A stretch of 20,000 nt of DNA from an uncultured virus (IMG/VR IMGVR_UViG_3300008266_011401) (IMGVR_UViG_3300008266_011401); one strand, 5' to 3'; shown: positions 8,757 through 16,837, numbered from the stretch's first letter. Translations and numbers: made by a program. The notes: generated by a model not told the origin, from the letters alone.

Positions 8757-9920
8757 TTAATCCAGTAAGAGTTCTTTCTTATCTTCTTCACCAGTATCTA
8801 ACGACATCGCATCTGGATCGTATTCCGTCTTGTATTTCATAATCAGTGCGTCACAAATCTTCTGGTAGATAGATTCCTTTCTATCCATATCTTCATCCAA
8901 AATCTTTGGGAAATCCTTAGACTGGAATTTCAATTCTTCACCAGTAGTGTCATCAACCAGAGTATACCATGCACCCGATTGCTTGACCAAACCATTGTCC
9001 TTCAAGACATCCAACCAGCTACCATAGTCATCAATACCACGGTCGAAGTAGATATCAAATTCCGCGACACGATGCGGTGGACCAAGACGATTCTTTACCA
9101 CTACCGCCTTTACCTTAACACCAACCACATTTTTACTTGAATCGTTGATTTTACCAATCAATGACAAACGAATACGAGTAGATGCGTGGAATGCGATAGC
9201 CTTACCACCCGAAGTAGTCCACGGGTCACTGAACGCAGGAGCGTTCATCTTCTGACGAAGTTGATTGGTAAAGACTAGTGCGATTCGCTCTCGTCCAAGA
9301 AGTCCTGTAATCTTACGCATCGCTTTGGAGATAATGATTGCTTTATCTGTTGCATATCCGTCTTTTCCAAAATCGGCTTCCATTTCTTTCTTGGTAGACG
9401 CAGCGGCAACGGAGTCAACGATAATCGTGACAAGCTTATCCTTTTCCTTACCAGTTCTAACTTTTTCAATAATGTTTGTAATCGCATCGAAGATATCTTC
9501 TACGGTAGAAAGATGAACATATACTAGTTTATTCATATTGATACCCACCGCCTTGAAGAAGTCAGGATTGACTGCGGTTTCGGTATCAATAAGTACTGCC
9601 ACACCACCACGTTTCTGCGTGTTAGCGATAAGCTGTGCACCAACCAATGACTTACCAGAACCTTCAAGACCAGTAAGTTCAGTAATACGACCGACTGCGA
9701 TACCTCCATACGGACGATTGCTCACCGCAATGTCCAACATAGTTGCACCAGTAGAAATAAAATCGGTAAAGTCGGTTGGTGTTTCTTCTTGCCCATCAAG
9801 GAAATAAGCAACCTGATCGGAATCCTTATTTAACTTGTTGAGTGAGTCTGCGATGACTTGTGCCAATTCGTCACGATTTGCTGACGGCATTGGTTTCTTA
9901 GTTTTCTTTTCGGTACTCAT
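8757..9920 (-). CDS. uvsX: RecA/UvsX-like recombinase
   Basis: 'ISTGATMLD', 'GRITELTGLEGSGKS' (Walker A), 'IDTE', 'IIVDSVAA', 'FTNQLR', 'TSGGKAIAFHASTRI', 'VVKNRLGPP', 'KQSGAWY'. Confidence 0.93.
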   Translation of the reverse strand: MSTEKKTKKPMPSANRDELAQVIADSLNKLNKDSDQVAYFLDGQEETPTDFTDFISTGATMLDIAVSNRPYGGIAVGRITELTGLEGSGKSLVGAQLIANTQKRGGVAVLIDTETAVNPDFFKAVGINMNKLVYVHLSTVEDIFDAITNIIEKVRTGKEKDKLVTIIVDSVAAASTKKEMEADFGKDGYATDKAIIISKAMRKITGLLGRERIALVFTNQLRQKMNAPAFSDPWTTSGGKAIAFHASTRIRLSLIGKINDSSKNVVGVKVKAVVVKNRLGPPHRVAEFDIYFDRGIDDYGSWLDVLKDNGLVKQSGAWYTLVDDTTGEELKFQSKDFPKILDEDMDRKESIYQKICDALIMKYKTEYDPDAMSLDTGEEDKKELLLD

Positions 9921-9932
9921 AATGATTACCGA

Positions 9933-10751
9933 TTAATTGTCGAATAGCTTATCAAATTCATCAAGCGCGTTCTTGACCTGTGCCGATTCAGAAATCTCTG
10001 TCTTAACGTCGAGAATTTCCGCCGTCACACTCTTAACCTCAGGACTACCCTTTGCAGGTGCGGGGGTTGGTGTTGTGCTATCAGGATCGAGATACTTTTC
10101 CAGAACCACACGAAGTTCCTCGTACGAAGGTTCCTTGTACAGGGAGAAAATATCGGGCTGCTCAGAAAGAAGCTTCTTTGCAAGGTCCACATCAGCAACA
10201 ACAGGAGTCTGATTCGGCTTCACCTTAACTGAGGTCTTAGCAAAATTCGTGTCCGACTTTTCCTGCGGAATGTACTCTACTACAATGTCACGACCAGCCT
10301 TCGGGTCGGTGATATCACCGTAGTCAGGGTCAGCGATGTACGAAAGAAGGTCCTGATAGACTGTCTTACCGAATGAGAAGAAACGAACACCCTTGCTCTC
10401 TTCACCACGAACGATGATAGGAACATACGTACGGAGCTTCGGACGGAAAGCACGTGACTGCGAATACGCAGCCTTCTCGGCGTCACGACCCTCACGGCGT
10501 GCATCTTCAACTAGCTTGTCTGCGAATTCCGCGATAGGGTCACGGCGCCCAAACGAAAGAGGTGAGATGTAGGTCTTATTACCAAGATAATGGAAATAGA
10601 GCTCAATAAAGGGATTCTCACGATTCTGCACCCACGGGACGATACGGATAGTCGTCTTACCTTCGGTGGGCTTCCAAATGGATTCACTGCGGTCAGTCTG
10701 CTTAGTGAATGTGTTCAGCTTTGCCTTTAGGGCATTAAAATCCAGTGCCAT
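9933..10751 (-). CDS. Single-stranded DNA-binding protein, T4 gp32-like
   Basis: 'WKPTEGKTTIRIVP', 'NPFIELYFHY', 'GVRFFSFGKTVYQDLL', 'DYGDITDP..GRDI' and an acidic tail (DEFDKLFDN). Start reassigned to the ATG at 10751 (MALDFNALK), which has an AGGAG SD at 10759-10763. Confidence 0.85.
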   Translation of the reverse strand: MALDFNALKAKLNTFTKQTDRSESIWKPTEGKTTIRIVPWVQNRENPFIELYFHYLGNKTYISPLSFGRRDPIAEFADKLVEDARREGRDAEKAAYSQSRAFRPKLRTYVPIIVRGEESKGVRFFSFGKTVYQDLLSYIADPDYGDITDPKAGRDIVVEYIPQEKSDTNFAKTSVKVKPNQTPVVADVDLAKKLLSEQPDIFSLYKEPSYEELRVVLEKYLDPDSTTPTPAPAKGSPEVKSVTAEILDVKTEISESAQVKNALDEFDKLFDN

Positions 10752-10793
10752 ACTTTTACTCCTTTTAGTGTTTAGTGTTGAGAGTTTAAAACT

Positions 10794-10817
10794 CCTCGTC
10801 ATAGTATTATAACGAGG
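10794..10817. repeat. 24-bp imperfect palindrome over the -10 box and start site (candidate operator)
   Basis: Plus strand cctcgtcata-gtat-tataacgagg; the 10-bp arms are complementary at 9 of 10 positions. Confidence 0.6.
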
Positions 10818-10834
10818 TACTGCTTATTTGTCAA
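10806..10834 (-). promoter_or_regulatory. Perfect-consensus sigma70 promoter driving the SSB-recA operon
   Basis: Minus strand reads TTGACA (10834-10829), a 17-bp spacer (aataagcagtacctcgt), then TATAAT (10811-10806), with AT-rich sequence upstream. Confidence 0.9.
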
Positions 10835-10844
10835 GTAGTGATTT

Positions 10845-11246
10845 TTATAAATTAATTATATTAGAAATTTTAGTATTTACTTTTTTCAAACGACCATATG
10901 CAGTCACCAATACAGTGTTCTGCAATTCAGACCAATCAATCTTATATGATTTATCTAATACACCACCATTCTTTTCTTCAATTAACTTGTTAATTGCATT
11001 AATTGTGTAAATGGTATTTGTTTGTTTCTTTCTATGAACTGAAATTGTAGATTCCGGTGCTGCACCACGAACAGGTTTCGACATATCAATGTTGTAGGTT
11101 AATATGACTTGATTTTCATCATTCACATTGTCCAACACATATACTGAATTAAATGCAAGAGTATAAACTTTCTTAATCTGTTCGATTGTTACTTCTATGT
11201 CTTTCTTTGCACAAAAAGTACAGAGTAATTGCGTTTCTGCTTTCAT
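10845..11246 (-). CDS. Hypothetical phage protein
   Basis: 133-aa ORF between the polymerase and SSB genes; motif-like stretches 'QLLCTF' and 'ISVHRKKQTNTIYTINAIN'; function not recognised. Confidence 0.8.
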   Translation of the reverse strand: MKAETQLLCTFCAKKDIEVTIEQIKKVYTLAFNSVYVLDNVNDENQVILTYNIDMSKPVRGAAPESTISVHRKKQTNTIYTINAINKLIEEKNGGVLDKSYKIDWSELQNTVLVTAYGRLKKVNTKISNIINL

Positions 11247-11317
11247 AATATAAACTCATTAGGGTAAAGCTTTCCAGCGTTAATCTCCTAATAAATATTA
11301 TTATGTACGGTGAAACC

Positions 11318-12628
11318 TTATATTTTTATCATCTCCAACTCATCATAATTTCTACCTTTATACATTCTTGTTGGATATCCACCTTCTTCCAACAAACTCT
11401 TGATACGGGGAAGCATAGCGGTTTCTGACCTATGTAAATCCAATAGTAATGCATCGTATGTATATAGAATTGGTTTGGTCAATTTACCTTCCAATAATTG
11501 ACACACCATAGATACTTTGGACAATGCTTCTTCTGTTTCCAACCATTGTACGGAATAATTAAATACTTTGTTGGGTGAGGGTTCATCTACTATTATACGT
11601 TTTCCACTGTTTGTTTTAATAAACCCCATAACCTTATAAAAATCCCATAACTGTTCAGAATATTTTCGTACATTATGGAAAAACTCTACCCCACCAAAAT
11701 CCTCGTTCATACCATACATTAGTGCGAATGTACGCGCCTTTGACTGCTCGTACTCGTCTGGCGTCACTTCCTGCTTGCCGTAGTATTGTTGGGCGAGATA
11801 GGTGTGTACAGAACTCGTGGGCAGGTTATAATTGATTTGTGCCCCAACCAATCGAAGATGAAACGCCTCATAGTCAAATTGGATAAGTAAACCATCATCA
11901 CCATATCTACTGGTAAATGCTCGTCGAGTACCATCGTTTTTATTGATTGCCGCGAAGTTAATTCCACCATACTTGTTACTTGGACGACCTGTTGATGTAT
12001 AGGGATTGTACTCAGAATATATAGTATTATTGTTTATATACTTTTTCACATCACCATAATGTTCCATCAACACAGCAGAATCAACATAAATACCAGATTT
12101 CTCAATAGTAGTTAATGTTGGTATAACTTTATTATTAACAAAATCATACCCATCTGGAATTTTATTATAAAAAGATTCTTTTAGAAACTGAGTTAGTTTG
12201 TATCCATATTCGACCCACATCATAAGTGGAACACTCAGATGTAAATTCTTAAACTGGAATTGTTGCAACATTCTGGTGATAATCGGGGTATAGTATTCTC
12301 GTATTTCGGGAATGACTTTACTGGATAGATGTAGTATTGTTGCAACATCATGCACACGTTCCTGCGGGATGTTGAACGTGTGAAGAATTTCTCTTTTATA
12401 AAGTGTGATTACTTTAAATGCACGTTCCAATGAAATGGACATTGGTATTGCGTCGGGATGATTAAATGGAACGCAGTAGTAATCTTTATCAATAAGAATG
12501 TGAAGTGACGAGATGGTATTTATTGCGGGATGTGAGTGTTGATCGACAAAAATAGGCACCACGACTGATGCCTCAGTTTCAATTCTGTTTTGTAGTTTTT
12601 GTAACTCCGTAACCGATTGAACGACCAT
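11318..12628 (-). CDS. Compact, divergent family A DNA polymerase-like protein
   Basis: 'STGRPS' (cf. TGRLS), motif A 'QFDYEAFHLRL', motif B 'SKARTFALMYG', 'FNYSVQ', motif C 'YTYDALLLD'. 436 aa. The start abuts the upstream stop (TAAATG). Confidence 0.8.
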   Translation of the reverse strand: MVVQSVTELQKLQNRIETEASVVVPIFVDQHSHPAINTISSLHILIDKDYYCVPFNHPDAIPMSISLERAFKVITLYKREILHTFNIPQERVHDVATILHLSSKVIPEIREYYTPIITRMLQQFQFKNLHLSVPLMMWVEYGYKLTQFLKESFYNKIPDGYDFVNNKVIPTLTTIEKSGIYVDSAVLMEHYGDVKKYINNNTIYSEYNPYTSTGRPSNKYGGINFAAINKNDGTRRAFTSRYGDDGLLIQFDYEAFHLRLVGAQINYNLPTSSVHTYLAQQYYGKQEVTPDEYEQSKARTFALMYGMNEDFGGVEFFHNVRKYSEQLWDFYKVMGFIKTNSGKRIIVDEPSPNKVFNYSVQWLETEEALSKVSMVCQLLEGKLTKPILYTYDALLLDLHRSETAMLPRIKSLLEEGGYPTRMYKGRNYDELEMIKI

Positions 12629-13042
12629 TTACTCCCCCGACCAAAACTCCATATAGTTTCGTAAGTGATTCGTGATACCAGGTAACTTTTCCTCTGCAAG
12701 CGATAAAAGTTCTTTGTTTTGGCTAATCACTCCCTTGATTAATATATTGTCCCCACTTGGCAAAGTCAAGATGGTATCTTCCAATTTACCACGTATTATC
12801 CAATCAATGGTAGTTTTTCTAAATAAGTTATTATCTTCAATAGCTGCGTACTGCCCACCATCCAATTCATATATCAAACCATTACGTTGCGCAGTATACT
12901 TGGCAAAATATCGTGGTTTGACACGTTTATCAATATCTTCTTGTGTAAGTGTAGGAATAACATTTTGTATACTGGCAAGCAAGGTTTTCTTTACATCCGT
13001 GTTTCCTAGTATGTCAAATAATCCAGTAGGTATACTATCCAT
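12629..13042 (-). CDS. Hypothetical phage protein at the end of the tail block
   Basis: 137-aa ORF collinear with and tightly packed between its neighbours. Confidence 0.75.
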   Translation of the reverse strand: MDSIPTGLFDILGNTDVKKTLLASIQNVIPTLTQEDIDKRVKPRYFAKYTAQRNGLIYELDGGQYAAIEDNNLFRKTTIDWIIRGKLEDTILTLPSGDNILIKGVISQNKELLSLAEEKLPGITNHLRNYMEFWSGE

Positions 13043-13055
13043 AAATTATTTACGG

Positions 13056-14351
13056 TTAAGTTTGATTTCTAAAATACGGTGCCATAATATTAAATGGTAT
13101 GATATTCAATCTAGCATAAATATTAGTTGTCCATCCTCTATCCATTGTAATAGTTTCTGTAAGGCCGAATACTTGGAAAGCGCCTATCTTTTTGTATTGC
13201 TCAGAAATTCTATCTACCCAAAATATCTGACCGATACTAAATCCTGCTACACCAGGTATGGTTAATTCTACCGTTGTTGCTAGTTTACCAGGTGCTCTCC
13301 ATGCATGAGGATTTGCGGGAGTTATAGTATTAATACCCAGCTTACCACTCGGCATTTCCGTTTCCGATGCCATTTCTTCTCGCATTCTATCTGGAAAGAA
13401 TTCAAATAAATTTTGTGCCACGAGGAAATATTGTTCCGATGGAATGAAATTACCAATGTTGGTTATAATATTTTGCGTCTGTTGTCTATATTCCGTAAGT
13501 GCCTGATCTGTGTTATCCAGTAATGCCAGTTCACCAGCCAGTTGTTGTTCATTAATAATGACTTGATTTAACGCAATACGATTTTTTAAGTCTTGTAAAA
13601 ATGTAATGGTACTAGGTGTAGTTGCACCACCTGCATTTGTATATGCTGACCGTGGAGCGGATGGAACTGTTAATAGTTTTAATATTTCATCATCATTTAT
13701 TGGTGTGACGTATGTTGTTCGTTCATAATCACTAACACTTAAAAAAGTTCCCGATGTAACAGTGTATGATGGTATACTTAATCCAACAGTCGTATAATAA
13801 TTTTGAAGTAACGGTAATGCAGCGTCATTGTTATCTTTCAACCTGCCATCGTTCCATTTCGAACGTTCTGTATTTACTGTATCTACGATAGTTGTAACTT
13901 TATCTTGTGGTGGACGTAAAATAACAAATGGTATTGCTCGTTTATCTTGTAATGACGTTGAGGTAATTCCACCATTTACCAATGTTAAATTATTATTGAA
14001 TCCAACCGTGTCCGATAAATTTCCACCAATAATTCTTGCACTCGTAGGACTTACAGATACAACGATATCACCGTGCGAAACACCAGTCCAAGAAGTTGTC
14101 TGTGTATATGTTTGGGTGTTCCATACGTTATTTTCACTTCTGTTTGCTACTACTATATCGCCAACTTGTAGTTTGGAGTTGAGAGGATTTAATACTTGAA
14201 ATCCTCTACTATTTCGTCGTAAGTCTTGTGCGTACGCCGTATGAGAAGTTCTCGCAGGAAAATCAACACCGGCAGTTTTCATAACATAACTTATGAACGC
14301 TGCACTCCACGCTGTATTATTGATAAATGTTTGTTGTGATGTTGTTGGCAT
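13056..14351 (-). CDS. Putative virion-associated cell-wall hydrolase: DUF2272/CHAP-like domain plus baseplate-hub-like C-terminus
   Basis: 'AWSAAFISYVM', 'SHTAY', 'LQVGDIVV', 'SHGDIVV' and 'IIGGNLSDTV' match my recollection of DUF2272. The C-terminal 'VELTIPGVAGFSIGQIFWVD...FQVFGLTETIT...GWTTNI' resembles hub (gp27/VgrG-like) C-terminal barrels. Confidence 0.65.
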   Translation of the reverse strand: MPTTSQQTFINNTAWSAAFISYVMKTAGVDFPARTSHTAYAQDLRRNSRGFQVLNPLNSKLQVGDIVVANRSENNVWNTQTYTQTTSWTGVSHGDIVVSVSPTSARIIGGNLSDTVGFNNNLTLVNGGITSTSLQDKRAIPFVILRPPQDKVTTIVDTVNTERSKWNDGRLKDNNDAALPLLQNYYTTVGLSIPSYTVTSGTFLSVSDYERTTYVTPINDDEILKLLTVPSAPRSAYTNAGGATTPSTITFLQDLKNRIALNQVIINEQQLAGELALLDNTDQALTEYRQQTQNIITNIGNFIPSEQYFLVAQNLFEFFPDRMREEMASETEMPSGKLGINTITPANPHAWRAPGKLATTVELTIPGVAGFSIGQIFWVDRISEQYKKIGAFQVFGLTETITMDRGWTTNIYARLNIIPFNIMAPYFRNQT

Positions 14352-16837
14352 TATCGTATCTTACTATTTACAATGTTTACTAAATTAGCTTGCGACTGCG
14401 TTATTTTGTCTACCACTTTTTTCTTTCTCTCATCGGTAAATAATGCCTTGTTAATTCCCGTCGTACTGGTGGCATCTGCAGCAAATCCAGGTCTTGCTCT
14501 ACTTTGCGTACTTCCTCCCGATGCTTGTGTATCATACGCGGATACGAATTTATCAAGTTCATCTTTCTTGAAGTTATTAATCAATGATACCGTGCGTGCA
14601 GCAAATATTTTTTTCAATGCGGTTAATTGCTGCGGTGTTAGTTTTGGATTGAGAGTATTTAATTCTTGATTAATTGCAGCAGCTTCGGCGGTAGTTAACA
14701 AATTTTTGTTTGCAAACAATCGTTTTAAAATACTTTCAATTGGTGCTGGTATGTTAGTTGCTCCAAATCCAGCTTCGTTCAAACTATTTTGTACAACACT
14801 ACTTAATCCAGAAAATTGTGTTTGTTTTAAATTTGCGTCAATAAATGCACTGACCGTGGCTCCCGTTGCTGCGGCTGATGCCTGTGCCTGTGGTTGTGTC
14901 TGTCTGGTTTGTTGTACATCCACTGTTGGTGAAAATATGTCATCAACTACTCGTGCCCGAACAAAGTCTGTTTCTCGTCGTTCTGGTGAACTTACGTTAT
15001 TATTTAATGCCGATATAGCTAATTGTGAAAACACCGCTTTCGGATAATCGGTTTTAACTTCAACATTAAGAACATCTGGTCCGATTGTATCCTCATCCAA
15101 ACTACTTAATTTTTTATTGAATGTATATATTGGTTGCGTTCTATTTCCAGCTTGTGGTCTACGTACATTATCATCCAATATACGGAACCCTGCAACATCG
15201 TCGTCAAAGAAAAGTTTTAAATCCCAGTAGTTTTCAGTTGCGGAATTCATATTTCGTAATAGTGTTTCGAATCCATCCATCCACGTTCTTGCATTTAAAA
15301 ACGCATTCTGTACTGCTTTACTGTTTACGAATACACCACTGGATAATGGGATAGCATCACTAACTCTTCCAACTGATTGAAATTGCGAAACATTTAATTT
15401 ACTAAATACTTGATTTACCCCACCCACTTGGGTACCTGCGGCAGCATTAACATCATTAAATCTATTGGATGCTGATCCAGATTCAATCTTACCCAATACA
15501 GAGGTTTTAAGTGTATAATCACGACTATTGGAATTACTTTTATTAATCTTGTCTAGATTATAGATAATCATTGTAGCCGGTTGTGTAGATCGTAAATCTT
15601 TATGGAATCCAATATATGTATCTGCCGCTTTATTGATTAAAAACGGTAGTTTATCTGTTGGTTTAATTCCGCTATTTACAATTTTGAGTAAACCGTCATT
15701 TACATCGTTTATGAAATAATCAATGAAAAAATCAAATCGAATGAAAAATGTATCTTCGAATCCAAGGTCATTAGTTACGTTGAGTGTCTGTGATGTAGGC
15801 AATGCATCCTTGATAGCTTTGACATCATCTGGATCGTTAAATTGTAACACCGCCAATGCCTTTACATCACTTGGAGGTAATGCTGCGATTTCGTGTAGTA
15901 ATTTAGAAAACTTTCCATTCAATTTAAAATATTGATTTATGGAAGTATTATCTTGATTACCTGTTTGTCCAGAAGTTAGTGGATTATTTGTTGCGTATGC
16001 CGAGACATACATAATATTATCCGCTTGACCGTACGCAGTAATTGTTACTTTGTATACATTATTTTCTAATGTTGTTTTTACATTGGCGATTCGTGCTACG
16101 GAAAAATCATAGTTGAAATTATTTGGCTTACACCATTCTTCTATTATCTTTGTTCTTGATGTTTTATTAAAATCACGAATGACTTGTAAATCTCTATTGT
16201 TCTTAAAATCTAAAATCTTCGTTAGTGATTTTGTACCAGTTGGTGTTGTAGATACTGATCCCCATTCAAGTATAGCTGTCATTCCAGGTACAAATGATAA
16301 TATCTCCAACAATTCCAATTGTTGTTGGGTATAACAACTTACTTCAAGTGTAAATTTTAATACATTACCATTTCGTGTACGTTCTATTCTTGCACTTGTA
16401 ATACCAGGTGGTGGAAAATTCTTATTGGATTCTCTTCCCCCCTCTGTTACTAATGTAGGTAAGGTTCCTCTACCCCCTGTGTTTGCTAACGTATACGAGC
16501 TATCTTGTTGTACATGTGTGTACACTAATTTCTGTTCACCGGTATTATATGTTGTTCCGATAACCAATCCATTATTTGCAGCTGTACCGTACAGGTCGGA
16601 CGTAGAATAATTTAAATTATCCCACCCATGCAATCCCAACGTAAATAAACGATATCCTTTGTAAATTGAGTATCTTGTGCCCAATCTAGCTTCCAGATCA
16701 GACATATCGGCACCAGTAGTAAATCGTAAAAACGGAGCACGTGTACGTACTAGTTCTTTTGAACGAGAACGTTTATTTAATTCCGTTTGTAAATCTTCTC
16801 GAAAAACATTTAGTGTTTCTACTGGGTTTATTGACAT
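14351..16837 (-). CDS. Putative baseplate hub / tail structural protein
   Basis: 828 aa. N-terminal 'PPPGITSARIE...FTLEVSCYTQQQLELLE...PGMTAILEWG' resembles hub-like proteins of large phages; located after the LysM/tail-X-like gene. Confidence 0.55.
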   Translation of the reverse strand: MSINPVETLNVFREDLQTELNKRSRSKELVRTRAPFLRFTTGADMSDLEARLGTRYSIYKGYRLFTLGLHGWDNLNYSTSDLYGTAANNGLVIGTTYNTGEQKLVYTHVQQDSSYTLANTGGRGTLPTLVTEGGRESNKNFPPPGITSARIERTRNGNVLKFTLEVSCYTQQQLELLEILSFVPGMTAILEWGSVSTTPTGTKSLTKILDFKNNRDLQVIRDFNKTSRTKIIEEWCKPNNFNYDFSVARIANVKTTLENNVYKVTITAYGQADNIMYVSAYATNNPLTSGQTGNQDNTSINQYFKLNGKFSKLLHEIAALPPSDVKALAVLQFNDPDDVKAIKDALPTSQTLNVTNDLGFEDTFFIRFDFFIDYFINDVNDGLLKIVNSGIKPTDKLPFLINKAADTYIGFHKDLRSTQPATMIIYNLDKINKSNSNSRDYTLKTSVLGKIESGSASNRFNDVNAAAGTQVGGVNQVFSKLNVSQFQSVGRVSDAIPLSSGVFVNSKAVQNAFLNARTWMDGFETLLRNMNSATENYWDLKLFFDDDVAGFRILDDNVRRPQAGNRTQPIYTFNKKLSSLDEDTIGPDVLNVEVKTDYPKAVFSQLAISALNNNVSSPERRETDFVRARVVDDIFSPTVDVQQTRQTQPQAQASAAATGATVSAFIDANLKQTQFSGLSSVVQNSLNEAGFGATNIPAPIESILKRLFANKNLLTTAEAAAINQELNTLNPKLTPQQLTALKKIFAARTVSLINNFKKDELDKFVSAYDTQASGGSTQSRARPGFAADATSTTGINKALFTDERKKKVVDKITQSQANLVNIVNSKIR

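Noticed and set aside
4077..9920. Inteins, introns or homing endonucleases in the RNR, helicase or RecA
   Set aside because: Lengths and motif spacing are normal, and no splice-junction or endonuclease motifs are seen.
10752..10802. 17-aa N-terminal extension of the SSB given by the ORF track
   Set aside because: That ATG is only a few bases from the -10 box, at or before the likely start site. The ATG at 10751 has a strong SD.
14351..14430. Programmed -1 frameshift fusing the hub and DUF2272 ORFs at the A-run (AAG AAA AAA)
   Set aside because: The -1 frame has several stops (TAA, then TAG TAA) before the downstream ATG.
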